DNA of 55,662 nt from a virus (lineage: Duplodnaviria > Caudoviricetes). How positions within the stretch are numbered: the stretch's first letter is position 1; each line of letters begins with the position of its first letter. The stretch spans positions 1 to 55,662 of IMG/VR virus record IMGVR_UViG_3300024261_000038, one strand, 5' to 3'. This document shows, one piece after another, positions 29,124 to 39,595 of this stretch. A program made the translations under genes and the position numbers. The notes beneath the pieces are model-generated. The model was not told the origin of the DNA, did not search any database, and worked only from the letters and a program-made list of their open reading frames with translations.

Positions 29124-30268
29124 TGGCCGTAACAGAACAAGTATCAAGACCAGCACCTTTTGTAGAAAAACTAGGAACTAACTTAGCAGAAAATGTATTA
29201 GCCCAACAAGGTGTACCCATTGTATCATCAGGTATTGCAGGCTTAACACAATTTGCTGGTGAAGATCCAGCAGCTTTTGCAGCAAGACAAAAAGCTGGAC
29301 AAGCTTTTGATATTAGAAAACAAAATTTAGCAGGCCTTGCACCACAAGTTGCAGGTCAAGATGCATTACAAGGAACGGCACAAACATTAGCACAACAAAA
29401 TGCAGGAATAGATCCAACTACTGGACAAAAAACTGGACTAGCTTCTTTTGAACCATTTTTACAAACAGCAGGTCAACAAGCACAAGTTGCTGCTGGATTA
29501 GGAACACAGGCTCTTGGACAATTACAAACAGCAGGATCTACTTTTGGTGCAATACCAACAGGTCCAATGACAACTGCACAAACACAACAATATATGTCAC
29601 CATATCAATCACAAGTGATTGATGCATCACTTGCAGAATTTGATCGTAATAAACAAATACAAGAACAACAGATCAAAGATCAACAAACCGCTTTGGGTGC
29701 GCTCGGCAGTGGTCGAGCGGGAGTGCAACTCGCTGAGTTTGGCACAGGGGCAGCGAGAGAACGAGCTTTATTACAAGCTGGTCTCTTACAGCAAGGTTTT
29801 GGACAAGCTCAAGCTGCAAGACAGCAAGACATCCAAAACAGGTTTAACTTAGGACAAGCACAACAAGGTATCGCTGGAGCAACTCAAAATTTAGGTGCAT
29901 TCCAATCAGGACTTGCTGGTCAACAAGCAGGACTTGGAGCACAAACTCAATCATTACAAGGAACAGATATTTCACGTTTAGGTCAGTTGGGCGCACTGAA
30001 CCAAGCGCAAACACAAGCAGGACTTGATGCAACTAGAGAAGCTACAAGACAAGCAGCATTTCAACCACAAGAACAATTAGATAGATACACTAATCAAGTA
30101 ACAGGAATTATGGGTGGTTATCCAGGTCAAACAGTTTCAACTAATGTACCTAACCCTACACCATTACAAACTGCACTAGGTGTTGGTACAACACTTGCTG
30201 GTGTATACGGTGGATTAACAGGTAAATTAACAGGAAACTTTAATTTTAATAAACAATCAAGTGTTTAA
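29123..30268 (+). CDS. Q/A/G-rich DNA ejection (pilot-like) protein
   Basis: YMSPYQSQVID motif, long Q/A-rich helices, hydrophobic Gly-rich C-terminal segment. Confidence 0.6.
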   Translation: MAVTEQVSRPAPFVEKLGTNLAENVLAQQGVPIVSSGIAGLTQFAGEDPAAFAARQKAGQAFDIRKQNLAGLAPQVAGQDALQGTAQTLAQQNAGIDPTTGQKTGLASFEPFLQTAGQQAQVAAGLGTQALGQLQTAGSTFGAIPTGPMTTAQTQQYMSPYQSQVIDASLAEFDRNKQIQEQQIKDQQTALGALGSGRAGVQLAEFGTGAARERALLQAGLLQQGFGQAQAARQQDIQNRFNLGQAQQGIAGATQNLGAFQSGLAGQQAGLGAQTQSLQGTDISRLGQLGALNQAQTQAGLDATREATRQAAFQPQEQLDRYTNQVTGIMGGYPGQTVSTNVPNPTPLQTALGVGTTLAGVYGGLTGKLTGNFNFNKQSSV

Positions 30269-30270
30269 TT

Positions 30271-31056
30271 ATGAATAGAACTTTAAAAAGACCAATGTTT
30301 AGAATGGGTGGATCAACAGGAACTGGTATTACATCAGGACTAGATCAACCAAGAAAACAATACAATCAAGGATCTAATCCTTATAACATGGGAAACTTTG
30401 CTCCTGGAACAGGTGCAGGTTTCTTAACTCAATTTGGTTTAGATCTAGTATCAAGACCACCACAAGGAAACATATTTCAAACGATGGCAACATCAGCTAA
30501 ACAACCTTTTCAAGATTTTCAAGCAGCACAATTTGCAAAAGGTCAAAAAATGGGTGAAAGAGATTTTTTAAGAAGTGAAAGATTAGAAGGTCAAGAATTT
30601 GATAAGTCACAACTAGCAGCTAAATTATCTTCTGATGAAAAAATTGCAGGTATGAGAACTAATAAAGATGATGTTTTATATAACGTATCTTTAGAATCAT
30701 TTTTAGAAAACCTACCTCCAATGGTAGCTGAAAGAGCAGCAAAATTTAACACTGAAATGGCAGATGTTTTAAGAGAATCTGTAGGTGGTCAAAAATATGG
30801 TGGAGTATTAGAAATTGATATTAGAGATCCTGAACAAGGAAAAATTATAAAAAAACAAAAAAACAGATTTGACAACAAAATCTTTTACGATCCATATGAA
30901 GACAACTACAAATACATAGTAGTAAAAAATGGTGTAATTTCTTTTGATGAATTTTCAACAATACCAGAAATTAAATTCCCAGACTTTACAGCTTCACAAC
31001 CAGAGAAAATAGATAGATCAGTACCAGAGTTTGGTTTAACATCGGATCAACCATAG
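30271..31056 (+). CDS. Putative ejection / internal virion protein
   Basis: Starts MNRTLKRPMFRMGG; lies between two ejection-type genes. Confidence 0.5.
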   Translation: MNRTLKRPMFRMGGSTGTGITSGLDQPRKQYNQGSNPYNMGNFAPGTGAGFLTQFGLDLVSRPPQGNIFQTMATSAKQPFQDFQAAQFAKGQKMGERDFLRSERLEGQEFDKSQLAAKLSSDEKIAGMRTNKDDVLYNVSLESFLENLPPMVAERAAKFNTEMADVLRESVGGQKYGGVLEIDIRDPEQGKIIKKQKNRFDNKIFYDPYEDNYKYIVVKNGVISFDEFSTIPEIKFPDFTASQPEKIDRSVPEFGLTSDQP

Positions 31057-31064
31057 GTCTATAA

Positions 31065-34000
31065 ATGGCTCTACAACCATTATACCCGGCAGAAGAAAAT
31101 AACGAAGTATCATGGTATACTTCTGGACTTGCAGGTATTGCATCCGGTGGTATTAAAGTTGTTGAAGGAGCATTCTCATTAGGCGCTGAATTAATTGATT
31201 TAGGTTTTGATACTAACTCTGCTGCACAAGTAGAAATGTTTTTTGATAAACTAAATCCACTAGAAGAATACGCAGAACAAAGTGGTATAGGTAAACTGAC
31301 ACAAGCTTTAGTTCAAATAGGTGTGCCAGGTACAGCAGGTTTTAAACTAGGAAGTAAGTTAGCCAAGAAATATTTTGATTCAAAAAAAGCTGGACTATTG
31401 GTTAGTGCCGGTTCTAAAAATATAACTAAACAAAAACAAATAGCAGATAGATTAAATAAACAAACAGGCTACGCTAGATTTGGTGTAGGTGCTGTAGGTG
31501 GAGCTGCGGGTGAAGCATTTGTAGCAGACGTTGAAGAGATAGGATCTTTCGGAGATATGTTTGATAGAGGACCTACTCAACTAGATGTATTCGCTTTAGA
31601 TGGTGGAAGAGAAGACGCTACTAGAAAACTAATGAATAGATTAAAGTTTGGTAGTGAGTCTTTATTACTTACTCCATTTGTAGCGGGTGTTGGTAAAGGA
31701 GCCAAGGCTCTTGCAACACGGGGCAAGGACCTTGCATATAGTAATTATAAACTAGAAAGATACTTAGGTAAGTTTGCACAAGCATTCACACCTGAAGGAG
31801 CAATGACAAAAGAAGTTTTTGGTTCTCAAAAAGTAATGGAAGGTTTTAGATCTGCAGACGTAAATAGAGCAACAGAACTTATAAGAAAATTAGATACTAA
31901 TCTAAGTAAAGCATTTCCACAAATGCAATCAATATTAGATAGATCACTAACTAAAAAAGAAAAAGATGAATTTCTTAAAGAAATAAATGAGTTAATGTTT
32001 GATGGAGATTTAACTAAATTAGTAGATGGTAAAAGATCAGATGCATTTGTTAAAGTTTTAAAAGACAAAGGTGTAGATCAAAAAGTAATTGATTCAATTA
32101 CAGGGACGGTTGATGAAGCTAGAAGCACAATAGGAAATTTAATTAAAACTACAAATAACTATAACTCAAAAGAATTAAAAGATATTTTACAAGACAGGAT
32201 AAAAGGCTTAACTGAAAACACTTATAAAATTTTTGAAACTACACCTGTGTTAGGTGTATTTGGTAGATACAGACCTACTGATGATTCTATGGTAGAAGCT
32301 ATAGATTTTTTTAGACAACAAATTGCAGGCACTAACAAAGACAAAACATTTAAATTAGATAGTGATACTTACTACGAAGAAGCTAAAAATATTGTAGAGC
32401 GAATAATAGAAGATGGTATCAAAGCTAAGAAGACTGGTAGAGGTTTAGCAGATCCAAATTATGTATCTAAAACTTTAACAGATTTACCTGGAGGAAAATT
32501 TGTAGATGAAATTATAGAAAGAACAGGTGCACCACCACCAGTTATTAAAAAACTATTGGGTGAAATGAAAGACCCAAGATATTCTATGTTTAATGCAATC
32601 ACAGAGCTATCCGGTATAGCTAGATCAAGTGCAATGTTTAAAGAAATGTTTGACACCAACGTTGCAGCACAAGCACAAGGAGCTAGAGGTAGTTTTTGGG
32701 ATTCAATAGAAGCTGCAAAAGCAGCAACAAACAGTCAAGCAAAAATTGTAAGAGTTGACGATGCACTAGCAGGTATGTCAGAGTTTAAAGCAGGGAAAGC
32801 AAGCAATCCTTTAGGTGGTATGTTTACTACAGCGGACACAGCAGAAGCGTTAAAACGTATGAATGGTTTAACAGAGGGTGCTTTTACAGCAGCTGTCAGA
32901 GGGAGAGAGGGAGCAAATGTAGCAGAAAAAGGTGCAAGTTTTTTATATAGAAATTTATTATTATTTCCAAAAGCTACAGCGCAGTTAGCAAAAACAGTTT
33001 TATCTATACCTACTCACTTACGTAACATAATTAGTGCAGGTGCATTCGCCGGTGCTAATGGTATCTTGTTTGAAGGTTTTATGAACCCAAAACTATTGGG
33101 TGACTCGTTTAGAAAAGGTTGGCAGATATCTGGGGTTAACCCGTTTAAACCTTCAAGATTTAATGATGAAGGTTTTGAAAAAGCCTATAGAGAATTATTA
33201 GAGTTAGGTGTTGTGAATTCACAAGTGCAAATAGGAGATTTAAAAAATCTAATGAGAGATGTAGGTTTCGGTGATAAAATTATGGATCTTGATGCAATTG
33301 TAAATCCAATGCTTAACAAACTTAAAAAAGTTCCCGCATACTTACAAGGTAAATATGTTGCAGAAGATGACTTTTGGAAAATTACAAACTACTTTGTAGA
33401 ATTAAACAGAAGACAAGATGCATTAGTAAAAGATGGTATAAGAAGAGGTGTTAAAGTTGATCCAAACAACGCAGAGTTTTTAGCTAAACTTAAAACAGAA
33501 ACAGCTGACATTGTTAAGAATACAGTTCCAAATTATAATTATGTAGGAGACTTTGTTAGAACAGCAAGAAACTTACCAATTGGTAACTTTATGTCTTTCC
33601 CATCTGAAATGTTAAGAACAACTACAAACATTGGTGGCCAAGCATTAAAAGAAATGAGACACTCTAAACCAACTATTGGAACTAACATAGCACCGTACGT
33701 ACTTGATGCTGCTACAGGAACAATGGTTAAGAATGATAATCCATTCTATAGAATAGGGGCAACTAGAGCTGCTGGTATGGCTTTTACACTAGGTGCAGTA
33801 CCTGCAGCATTAGTAGAAGGATCTAAAGCATTATACAATGTATCAAAAGATGAACTGGATGCTTTACGTCAATTCGTTCCTGATTGGTCTAGAAACTCTA
33901 CACTCATACCAATGAGAGATGAAAAAACTGGTGAATTAAAATATATAGATTTTAGTCATAGTAATGCATACGATGTAGTTGCAAAACCTTTTAGAACTTT

Positions 34001-35012
34001 ACTTAATGAAATAACAGCAGCATCAAAAGATGGCGATACAATTTTAAAAGGATTCATGTCAGGTATAGAAGATGCAAGTACAGAATTAGCTGCACCGTTT
34101 TTAGATGAATCTATTTGGACGGAAGCTGCAAGAGATATAACTACTAGAGGTGGTAGAACAAGAGAAGGTAAAGTTTTATACACAGATCAAACTCCTGTTG
34201 GAGATGTAGCACAAATTAGATTTAGACATTTAATGGAAGCACTCTTACCTCAATACAAACCTTATATAAGAATAGTACAAGCAGCTACTGGTAAACCAAA
34301 TAAACTTGGAGAGATTTTAGAATTAGATGATCAGATAGCTGGACTAGCAGGGTTTAGACCTACTAAAGTAGATCCACTTAAAGCTATGGGATTTAAAATA
34401 TCTCAATACCAAACAGGTATAAGAAATGCTAGAAGAGAATTTACAGGTGGTTACTTTGGATTGTTAAAAGGTGGACCAATTGACCCTAATGATATTATTA
34501 CAAGATACTATGAATCTAACAAAGCAAGATTTAAAGTGCAAAAAGAAATGTATAAAAATATTGATGCAGCACAAATCTTAGGAACTAATCCAAATGATTT
34601 AAGACAAACGTTTCAAGATAGACAACTTACAACAAAAACTTTTAATAATTTAAGAAGAGGAAAGTATGAACCTTATTTTCCATCTGAAGATATAAGAGCT
34701 AGATTTAAAGAGATTGCAGACAACTTAGGTTCGTACGATGTGTACAAAGTAGCTGTTCCTTTTTTAAAAGCAATGAGATCACAAATGAAATTTTTAAGTC
34801 TTGATGATACTTTTGATATAGATTTAAATGACTTTTCTTTAGATACAGTGGAAACACCTAACTTACCAAATACACCGATGCCTGCAAATATCCAACCAAA
34901 TGTAAATAATCAGGCGCAAGGAGTGGATCCAAATACTAACTTGACATCAACAGAGATGGCATTACTGTCTCCAGAAGAACAACTAATTAGACAAAGGTTA
35001 AGAAGAACATAA
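31065..35012 (+). CDS. Large internal virion / ejection protein (1315 aa)
   Basis: Size, helical composition, Gly/Ala hydrophobic N-terminal segments; last gene of the virion module. Confidence 0.6.
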   Translation: MALQPLYPAEENNEVSWYTSGLAGIASGGIKVVEGAFSLGAELIDLGFDTNSAAQVEMFFDKLNPLEEYAEQSGIGKLTQALVQIGVPGTAGFKLGSKLAKKYFDSKKAGLLVSAGSKNITKQKQIADRLNKQTGYARFGVGAVGGAAGEAFVADVEEIGSFGDMFDRGPTQLDVFALDGGREDATRKLMNRLKFGSESLLLTPFVAGVGKGAKALATRGKDLAYSNYKLERYLGKFAQAFTPEGAMTKEVFGSQKVMEGFRSADVNRATELIRKLDTNLSKAFPQMQSILDRSLTKKEKDEFLKEINELMFDGDLTKLVDGKRSDAFVKVLKDKGVDQKVIDSITGTVDEARSTIGNLIKTTNNYNSKELKDILQDRIKGLTENTYKIFETTPVLGVFGRYRPTDDSMVEAIDFFRQQIAGTNKDKTFKLDSDTYYEEAKNIVERIIEDGIKAKKTGRGLADPNYVSKTLTDLPGGKFVDEIIERTGAPPPVIKKLLGEMKDPRYSMFNAITELSGIARSSAMFKEMFDTNVAAQAQGARGSFWDSIEAAKAATNSQAKIVRVDDALAGMSEFKAGKASNPLGGMFTTADTAEALKRMNGLTEGAFTAAVRGREGANVAEKGASFLYRNLLLFPKATAQLAKTVLSIPTHLRNIISAGAFAGANGILFEGFMNPKLLGDSFRKGWQISGVNPFKPSRFNDEGFEKAYRELLELGVVNSQVQIGDLKNLMRDVGFGDKIMDLDAIVNPMLNKLKKVPAYLQGKYVAEDDFWKITNYFVELNRRQDALVKDGIRRGVKVDPNNAEFLAKLKTETADIVKNTVPNYNYVGDFVRTARNLPIGNFMSFPSEMLRTTTNIGGQALKEMRHSKPTIGTNIAPYVLDAATGTMVKNDNPFYRIGATRAAGMAFTLGAVPAALVEGSKALYNVSKDELDALRQFVPDWSRNSTLIPMRDEKTGELKYIDFSHSNAYDVVAKPFRTLLNEITAASKDGDTILKGFMSGIEDASTELAAPFLDESIWTEAARDITTRGGRTREGKVLYTDQTPVGDVAQIRFRHLMEALLPQYKPYIRIVQAATGKPNKLGEILELDDQIAGLAGFRPTKVDPLKAMGFKISQYQTGIRNARREFTGGYFGLLKGGPIDPNDIITRYYESNKARFKVQKEMYKNIDAAQILGTNPNDLRQTFQDRQLTTKTFNNLRRGKYEPYFPSEDIRARFKEIADNLGSYDVYKVAVPFLKAMRSQMKFLSLDDTFDIDLNDFSLDTVETPNLPNTPMPANIQPNVNNQAQGVDPNTNLTSTEMALLSPEEQLIRQRLRRT

Positions 35013-35191
35013 TGACTAAAAAATCTGCATTACAAAAAATTGAAGACCATGAAAAACTGTGTCGTATTATGCAGAAACAAACTTTTGATCAGATCAAAGA
35101 AGTTAAGCAAAGATTAGAACGTATGGAAAAGATGATAATAGGTGGAGCGTTTGGAATTGTAGTTGCTCTTTTATTGAACATGCTTAAATGA
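35012..35191 (+). CDS. Small coiled-coil membrane protein (XhlA/holin-like, 59 aa, not in ORF track)
   Basis: HEKLC coiled coil and C-terminal TM segment IIGGAFGIVVALLL; near the endolysin. Confidence 0.55.
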   Translation: MTKKSALQKIEDHEKLCRIMQKQTFDQIKEVKQRLERMEKMIIGGAFGIVVALLLNMLK

Positions 35192-35700
35192 AAATTTTAA
35201 ACGATATTTTACCACAAGAAACTAATTTAAAAATATTAGATTTAGTTACAAAAGAAAATTGGTTTGTATCTAAAGATGATATAAATTTGTCACAATTAGA
35301 ATCATTAATGTCTTATAACACTGGATTACAAAATGTTACTTATCAAGAAGGTTCTGATTTTGAAAATCAATTTCAAGAATTAAATGAATATGCTCAATTA
35401 ATATTAGATGAAGTAAGTAAAAAATTAAATATTAAAACAGAGCCTCATAGATTTTTTTGGAATTTATACTTTACTCCAAGTCACTCTGAGAATCACAGAG
35501 ATTGGCCTGTTGCAGATAAATGTCAAACAATAATTTATAATCTACATACAACGGATGGTGGAACAGAGATAGATGGTAAAACTTTTAAAGACAAAATGGG
35601 TCAAGCAAAAATTTTTGAAAGCAATTTATTACACAAAGGTATTTCTTGCAAAGAAGACAAAGTAAGATTAAACTTAAACATTATTTTTAAAATAAAATGA
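35188..35700 (+). CDS. 2OG-Fe(II) oxygenase-like protein
   Basis: HRD...DGGT...FESNLLH...RLNLN. Confidence 0.7.
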   Translation: MKILNDILPQETNLKILDLVTKENWFVSKDDINLSQLESLMSYNTGLQNVTYQEGSDFENQFQELNEYAQLILDEVSKKLNIKTEPHRFFWNLYFTPSHSENHRDWPVADKCQTIIYNLHTTDGGTEIDGKTFKDKMGQAKIFESNLLHKGISCKEDKVRLNLNIIFKIK

Positions 35701-36173
35701 AACTATCTCGTAATTTTAGCTTGCAAGAGCTTATTAAATCAGACACGGCTATACGTAAGGGCATTAATAATGAACCCAATGCTGATCAAATAGATAAATT
35801 AAAAGCATTGTGTGAAAATATTTTACAGCCAGTGCGTGATCAATTTGGTAGAGTTAAAGTGACCAGCGGATTCCGTTCTCCTGAGCTGTGCACAGCCATA
35901 GGATCAAGTTTAACTAGTCAGCACTCAAAAGCTGAGGCGGTTGATTTCGAATGTATGGGAGTTGACAATGCTGAAGTAGCGGATTGGATAAAACAAAATT
36001 TAGAGACAGATCAATTGATACTCGAATACTACACGCCTGGAGAACCTAATTCGGGGTGGATTCACGCAAGTTACATACCTTTTAACCCTAGACATCAATA
36101 CATGCGGGCTTACCGTGAAGATAAGAAAACTAAATACAAGCCTATTATTGGTAGAGCAGTAGATTTAGTTTAG
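35697..36173 (+). CDS. Peptidase M15A family endolysin
   Basis: SGFRS...SQH...AVD...WIH zinc-ligand pattern. Confidence 0.8.
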   Translation: MKLSRNFSLQELIKSDTAIRKGINNEPNADQIDKLKALCENILQPVRDQFGRVKVTSGFRSPELCTAIGSSLTSQHSKAEAVDFECMGVDNAEVADWIKQNLETDQLILEYYTPGEPNSGWIHASYIPFNPRHQYMRAYREDKKTKYKPIIGRAVDLV

Positions 36174-37600
36174 ATCCAATCTCTTAACTCTTCACCCATA
36201 ACTTCAGATGCAATATTAATTTTATTACGTAAAGCTTTTACAATCTTTTCATCTACAGTATCCTCTGCTATAATATCAACATATGTTACCGTTTTTGTTT
36301 GTCCTATTCTGTGCGCTCGGTCTTCTGACTGTAATCTTTTTTCTAAATCGTAACCATTGGAATAATAAATAACAGTATTAGCTTGTGTAAGTGTAATACC
36401 ATATCCACCTGTCTGTGGTGTACCTATTAAGAATCTACACTTAGGATCATTTTGAAATTTACGAATAAAGTCTTGTCTATCTTCTTGTGGTGTTAAACCA
36501 TAATAATGAACATAGGAATCTGGACCATAAACTTTAATTATTTTTTGTATAATTTCACCTACACTTAATTGATAGTTAGCCCAGATAATAGCTTTACCAT
36601 CTGTGTCTTCTAAAATAGACATCAATTCATTAAGTCTATTACTTTCAACTTGTTGTGTGGTTCCATCATCAGCTGTTACATAACCGCAGGTTATTTGATG
36701 TAGTCTCATTAGCTGTGTTAATACAGTCATAGTGGTAGTTACTTTACCATTGAGTACAGCAAGAGCTTGTTCTTTCATTTGCTCATAAACTCTTTTTTGA
36801 TCAGCTGTCAATGTTATATGACGTTTGATAAATACTTTAGGGGGTAAATCTAAACAATCTTCTTTTAATACTCTGTATGAAAATTCTTTTACAATGTCGG
36901 ATAACTCTCCTAGGTTTTGAAATTTATCTACTACCTGGATAGATCGTCCACGTATATGCATCGTTTTCATTTCAGCATATCTATTTCTAAATGCGTAGTA
37001 GGAAGCAAAGTCCAACAACCACGGATCAAGGAACTCACACTGTGTATACAAATCAAGTGGGTTTTTAGTAATAGGAGAACCTGTCATTATTCTTTTATAC
37101 TTAGCATTTAAACCTATCTTAATAATATTTTTAGTACGTCTAGCAGAAGGTGTTTTAATTGTAGTAGACTCATCAATAGCCATCATAGTTTTATGTGAGT
37201 TAATAAATTTAGTTGCAAACTTAACACCTTTGTCTGTACTTAATGCTTCAACATTCATAATTAAAATATGTAATGCAGAGTCTATTTCAAATAATGTATC
37301 TAATTTTTCTTGTTGTGTTTTTGTAATATTAGGCTGCCACAATACAGACACATTCTCTATATGATCTGGTAAATGTGTAGGTAGTTCTTGTTCATACCAA
37401 GTCTTAACAACACCTTTAGGTGCAATAATTAAAGCACCATCAATCTTGCCTTTGTCATATAACATAGCAACATTGTCTATTAATACTTTTGTTTTGCCTG
37501 TACCCATTTCCATAAAATAAGCAAAGTTTTCTTTATTCCAAGACTTTTCTAATGCAGTAATTTGATGTGCATAAGGTTTTGTTTTAAATTTATAATTCAT
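36170..37600 (-). CDS. SNF2-like SF2 helicase
   Basis: MGTGKT Walker A, DEST, TGSP and QSEDRAHRIGQ motif VI. Confidence 0.9.
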   Translation of the reverse strand: MNYKFKTKPYAHQITALEKSWNKENFAYFMEMGTGKTKVLIDNVAMLYDKGKIDGALIIAPKGVVKTWYEQELPTHLPDHIENVSVLWQPNITKTQQEKLDTLFEIDSALHILIMNVEALSTDKGVKFATKFINSHKTMMAIDESTTIKTPSARRTKNIIKIGLNAKYKRIMTGSPITKNPLDLYTQCEFLDPWLLDFASYYAFRNRYAEMKTMHIRGRSIQVVDKFQNLGELSDIVKEFSYRVLKEDCLDLPPKVFIKRHITLTADQKRVYEQMKEQALAVLNGKVTTTMTVLTQLMRLHQITCGYVTADDGTTQQVESNRLNELMSILEDTDGKAIIWANYQLSVGEIIQKIIKVYGPDSYVHYYGLTPQEDRQDFIRKFQNDPKCRFLIGTPQTGGYGITLTQANTVIYYSNGYDLEKRLQSEDRAHRIGQTKTVTYVDIIAEDTVDEKIVKALRNKINIASEVMGEELRDWI

Positions 37601-37621
37601 AATTTTTTCTCTTCTTTCTAG

Positions 37622-37658
37622 TTGACAATCATATAAACATGTTTATATTGTTTGTCAA
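37622..37658. promoter_or_regulatory. Palindromic divergent promoter region
   Basis: TTGACA at 37622 (+) and at 37653-58 (-) flanking the perfect 18-bp palindrome ATATAAACATGTTTATAT (37631-37648). Confidence 0.65.
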
Positions 37659-38023
37659 TGTCAGAAAGAAAAGTTTATGTAATACAAGAAATACCAGGAA
37701 GCCAAGCAGGTACTCCTAAAATAAATATTATGGGTGCAGCTTCTTATTCTACTTCAGGTAAATTTAATTTTTTATTACCAGAGTTTTCTCAAATGATTTT
37801 TTCTCCTGGTCCATTAATTTTTAAATTAAGAAAAGGTTTAAGAAATTATACACCAGAAGATTATTTATTATTAACAGGAGATCCTGCAATCATTGGTGTT
37901 GCATGTTCTATTGCGTCTGATATTACAAACGGTAAATACAATGTATTGAAATGGGATAAACAAGAAAGAAAATATTATCCTATTGAAATTAATCTATACG
38001 AGAAAGGAGAAATAGATGATTAG
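37658..38023 (+). CDS. Replication-operon hypothetical protein
   Basis: MSERKVYVIQE...DYLLLTGDP; first gene after the promoter. Confidence 0.65.
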   Translation: MSERKVYVIQEIPGSQAGTPKINIMGAASYSTSGKFNFLLPEFSQMIFSPGPLIFKLRKGLRNYTPEDYLLLTGDPAIIGVACSIASDITNGKYNVLKWDKQERKYYPIEINLYEKGEIDD

Positions 38024-38291
38024 AAAACATTATTTAAAAGAAAGATTAAATAAAACAGAAAAATGGATTGAACATTATTTAGAAACAGAAGACCATATAC
38101 AAATTTCTAGAAATGCTCTTAAACAATCATATAATGAAATTCATTTTTTAATAAGTTGGACAGTAAAAATACTTCACTTACCAACTAAAATTTATGATTT
38201 TATTTACACTATAATTTGGTGGAATAGATATCGTAAAGCATGTAAAGAAGTTGAAATTATAAGAAAGGAATTAGAAAGTTATGACAATTAA
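38016..38291 (+). CDS. Hypothetical protein
   Basis: AAGGAG RBS; overlaps both neighbours; very AT-rich. Confidence 0.55.
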   Translation: MIRKHYLKERLNKTEKWIEHYLETEDHIQISRNALKQSYNEIHFLISWTVKILHLPTKIYDFIYTIIWWNRYRKACKEVEIIRKELESYDN

Positions 38292-38832
38292 TTTTGAACA
38301 AGATCAACAAGATGCAATGAAAAAAACTGAAAACATTCAGTCTCTTGCAGATCAAGTAGAAATGTTAGAGGGCTTGCACAAAAGAATAGAGGCAAGTGAA
38401 ACTAACATTAAAGATTTAAAAAAAGAATACCAACGTATATCGGGTGAGGTTATTCCCACCATGATGTCCGAGATGGGTTTAGCAGAATTAAAACTACAAG
38501 ATGGATCACATCTTAAAGTTTCAACGACGTATCGTGCTACTATTACAGAAGCAAATAAAGAGACGGCGTTTAACTGGCTTCGGGACAATGGATTAGGTGA
38601 TATTATTAAGAACGAGATCTTGGTATCATTTGGTCGTAACGAGGATAACAAGGCAGCAGAATATGCTGATCTTGCGAAGGGTCACGGGTTTCAACCAACA
38701 CAAAAGATGAAGGTTGAGCCCATGACTCTGAAAGCGCTAGTCCGTGAGCGTATTGAGGCAGGTAAAGAAATGCCAACGGAAATCTTTGGGGTATTCTCAG
38801 AGAATAAAACAACTATAAAAAGGAACAAATAA
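38281..38832 (+). CDS. Conserved phage replication-module protein
   Basis: N-terminal coiled coil; AFNWLRDNGLGDIIK and VEPMTLKA motifs. Confidence 0.65.
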   Translation: MTINFEQDQQDAMKKTENIQSLADQVEMLEGLHKRIEASETNIKDLKKEYQRISGEVIPTMMSEMGLAELKLQDGSHLKVSTTYRATITEANKETAFNWLRDNGLGDIIKNEILVSFGRNEDNKAAEYADLAKGHGFQPTQKMKVEPMTLKALVRERIEAGKEMPTEIFGVFSENKTTIKRNK

Positions 38833-38834
38833 AC

Positions 38835-39581
38835 ATGAACCAAGTAGCAGAAAAAAAGAATAGTGCATTAGCAACATTTGATATGGAAGCTGATGCAGCA
38901 CAAGGCGCTCAAAATATATCGCAAGAAGATCTTGCGTTGCCTTTCTTAAAAATTTTGGGCCAACTATCACCAGAAGTAAACAAGCGTGATGGTAAATATG
39001 TCGAGGGTGCAGAACCTGGCAAAATAATAAATACTGTAACTAATGAACTGTATGACACTATACAAGTTGTACCGGCTCATTACAAAAGACAGTACATTGA
39101 ATGGCAAGACAGAGGTACCAGTACAGGTGCACCTGTAGCAATTCACGATGCAGATAGTGATATTGTAAGTCAGACGACTAGAGGTAAAGATTACAAAGAC
39201 AGATTACCAAATGGTAATTATCTTGATAACACTGCTAGTCATTTTGTATTGACTCTTGGAGATAACCCACAGACAGCTTTGATTTCTATGAAATCTACTC
39301 AACTTAAAGTTAGTAGAAAATGGAACTCAATGATGATGGGTATCAAGATGCAAGGTAAAAACGGTTTATTCACACCGCCTACTTATAGCCACATTTATAA
39401 TCTATCTACCGTTCAGATGTCTAATGACAAAGGAACATGGTTTGGTTGGGATGTATCTAAAGTTGGTCCTGTAACAGACAAAGTTGTATACGATATGGCT
39501 AAGTCATTTGCAGAATCAGTTGGCAAAGGTGAGGTGCAAGCTAAACACGGTACAGAAGAGAAAACTAACTCTCCTTACTAA
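38835..39581 (+). CDS. Putative single-stranded DNA-binding protein
   Basis: LALPFLKILGQLSPE, SMKSTQLKVSRKWN; position before primase; acidic/aromatic C-terminal tail. Confidence 0.5.
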   Translation: MNQVAEKKNSALATFDMEADAAQGAQNISQEDLALPFLKILGQLSPEVNKRDGKYVEGAEPGKIINTVTNELYDTIQVVPAHYKRQYIEWQDRGTSTGAPVAIHDADSDIVSQTTRGKDYKDRLPNGNYLDNTASHFVLTLGDNPQTALISMKSTQLKVSRKWNSMMMGIKMQGKNGLFTPPTYSHIYNLSTVQMSNDKGTWFGWDVSKVGPVTDKVVYDMAKSFAESVGKGEVQAKHGTEEKTNSPY

Positions 39582-39595
39582 TCAAATCCTAGGTA

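Noticed and set aside
708-34183. Many antisense or alternate-frame ORFs in the track (e.g. 708-1112, 16149-16592, 17580-18050, 26912-27265, 31826-32068)
   Set aside because: They lie within well-supported genes, lack an RBS and read like shadow frames
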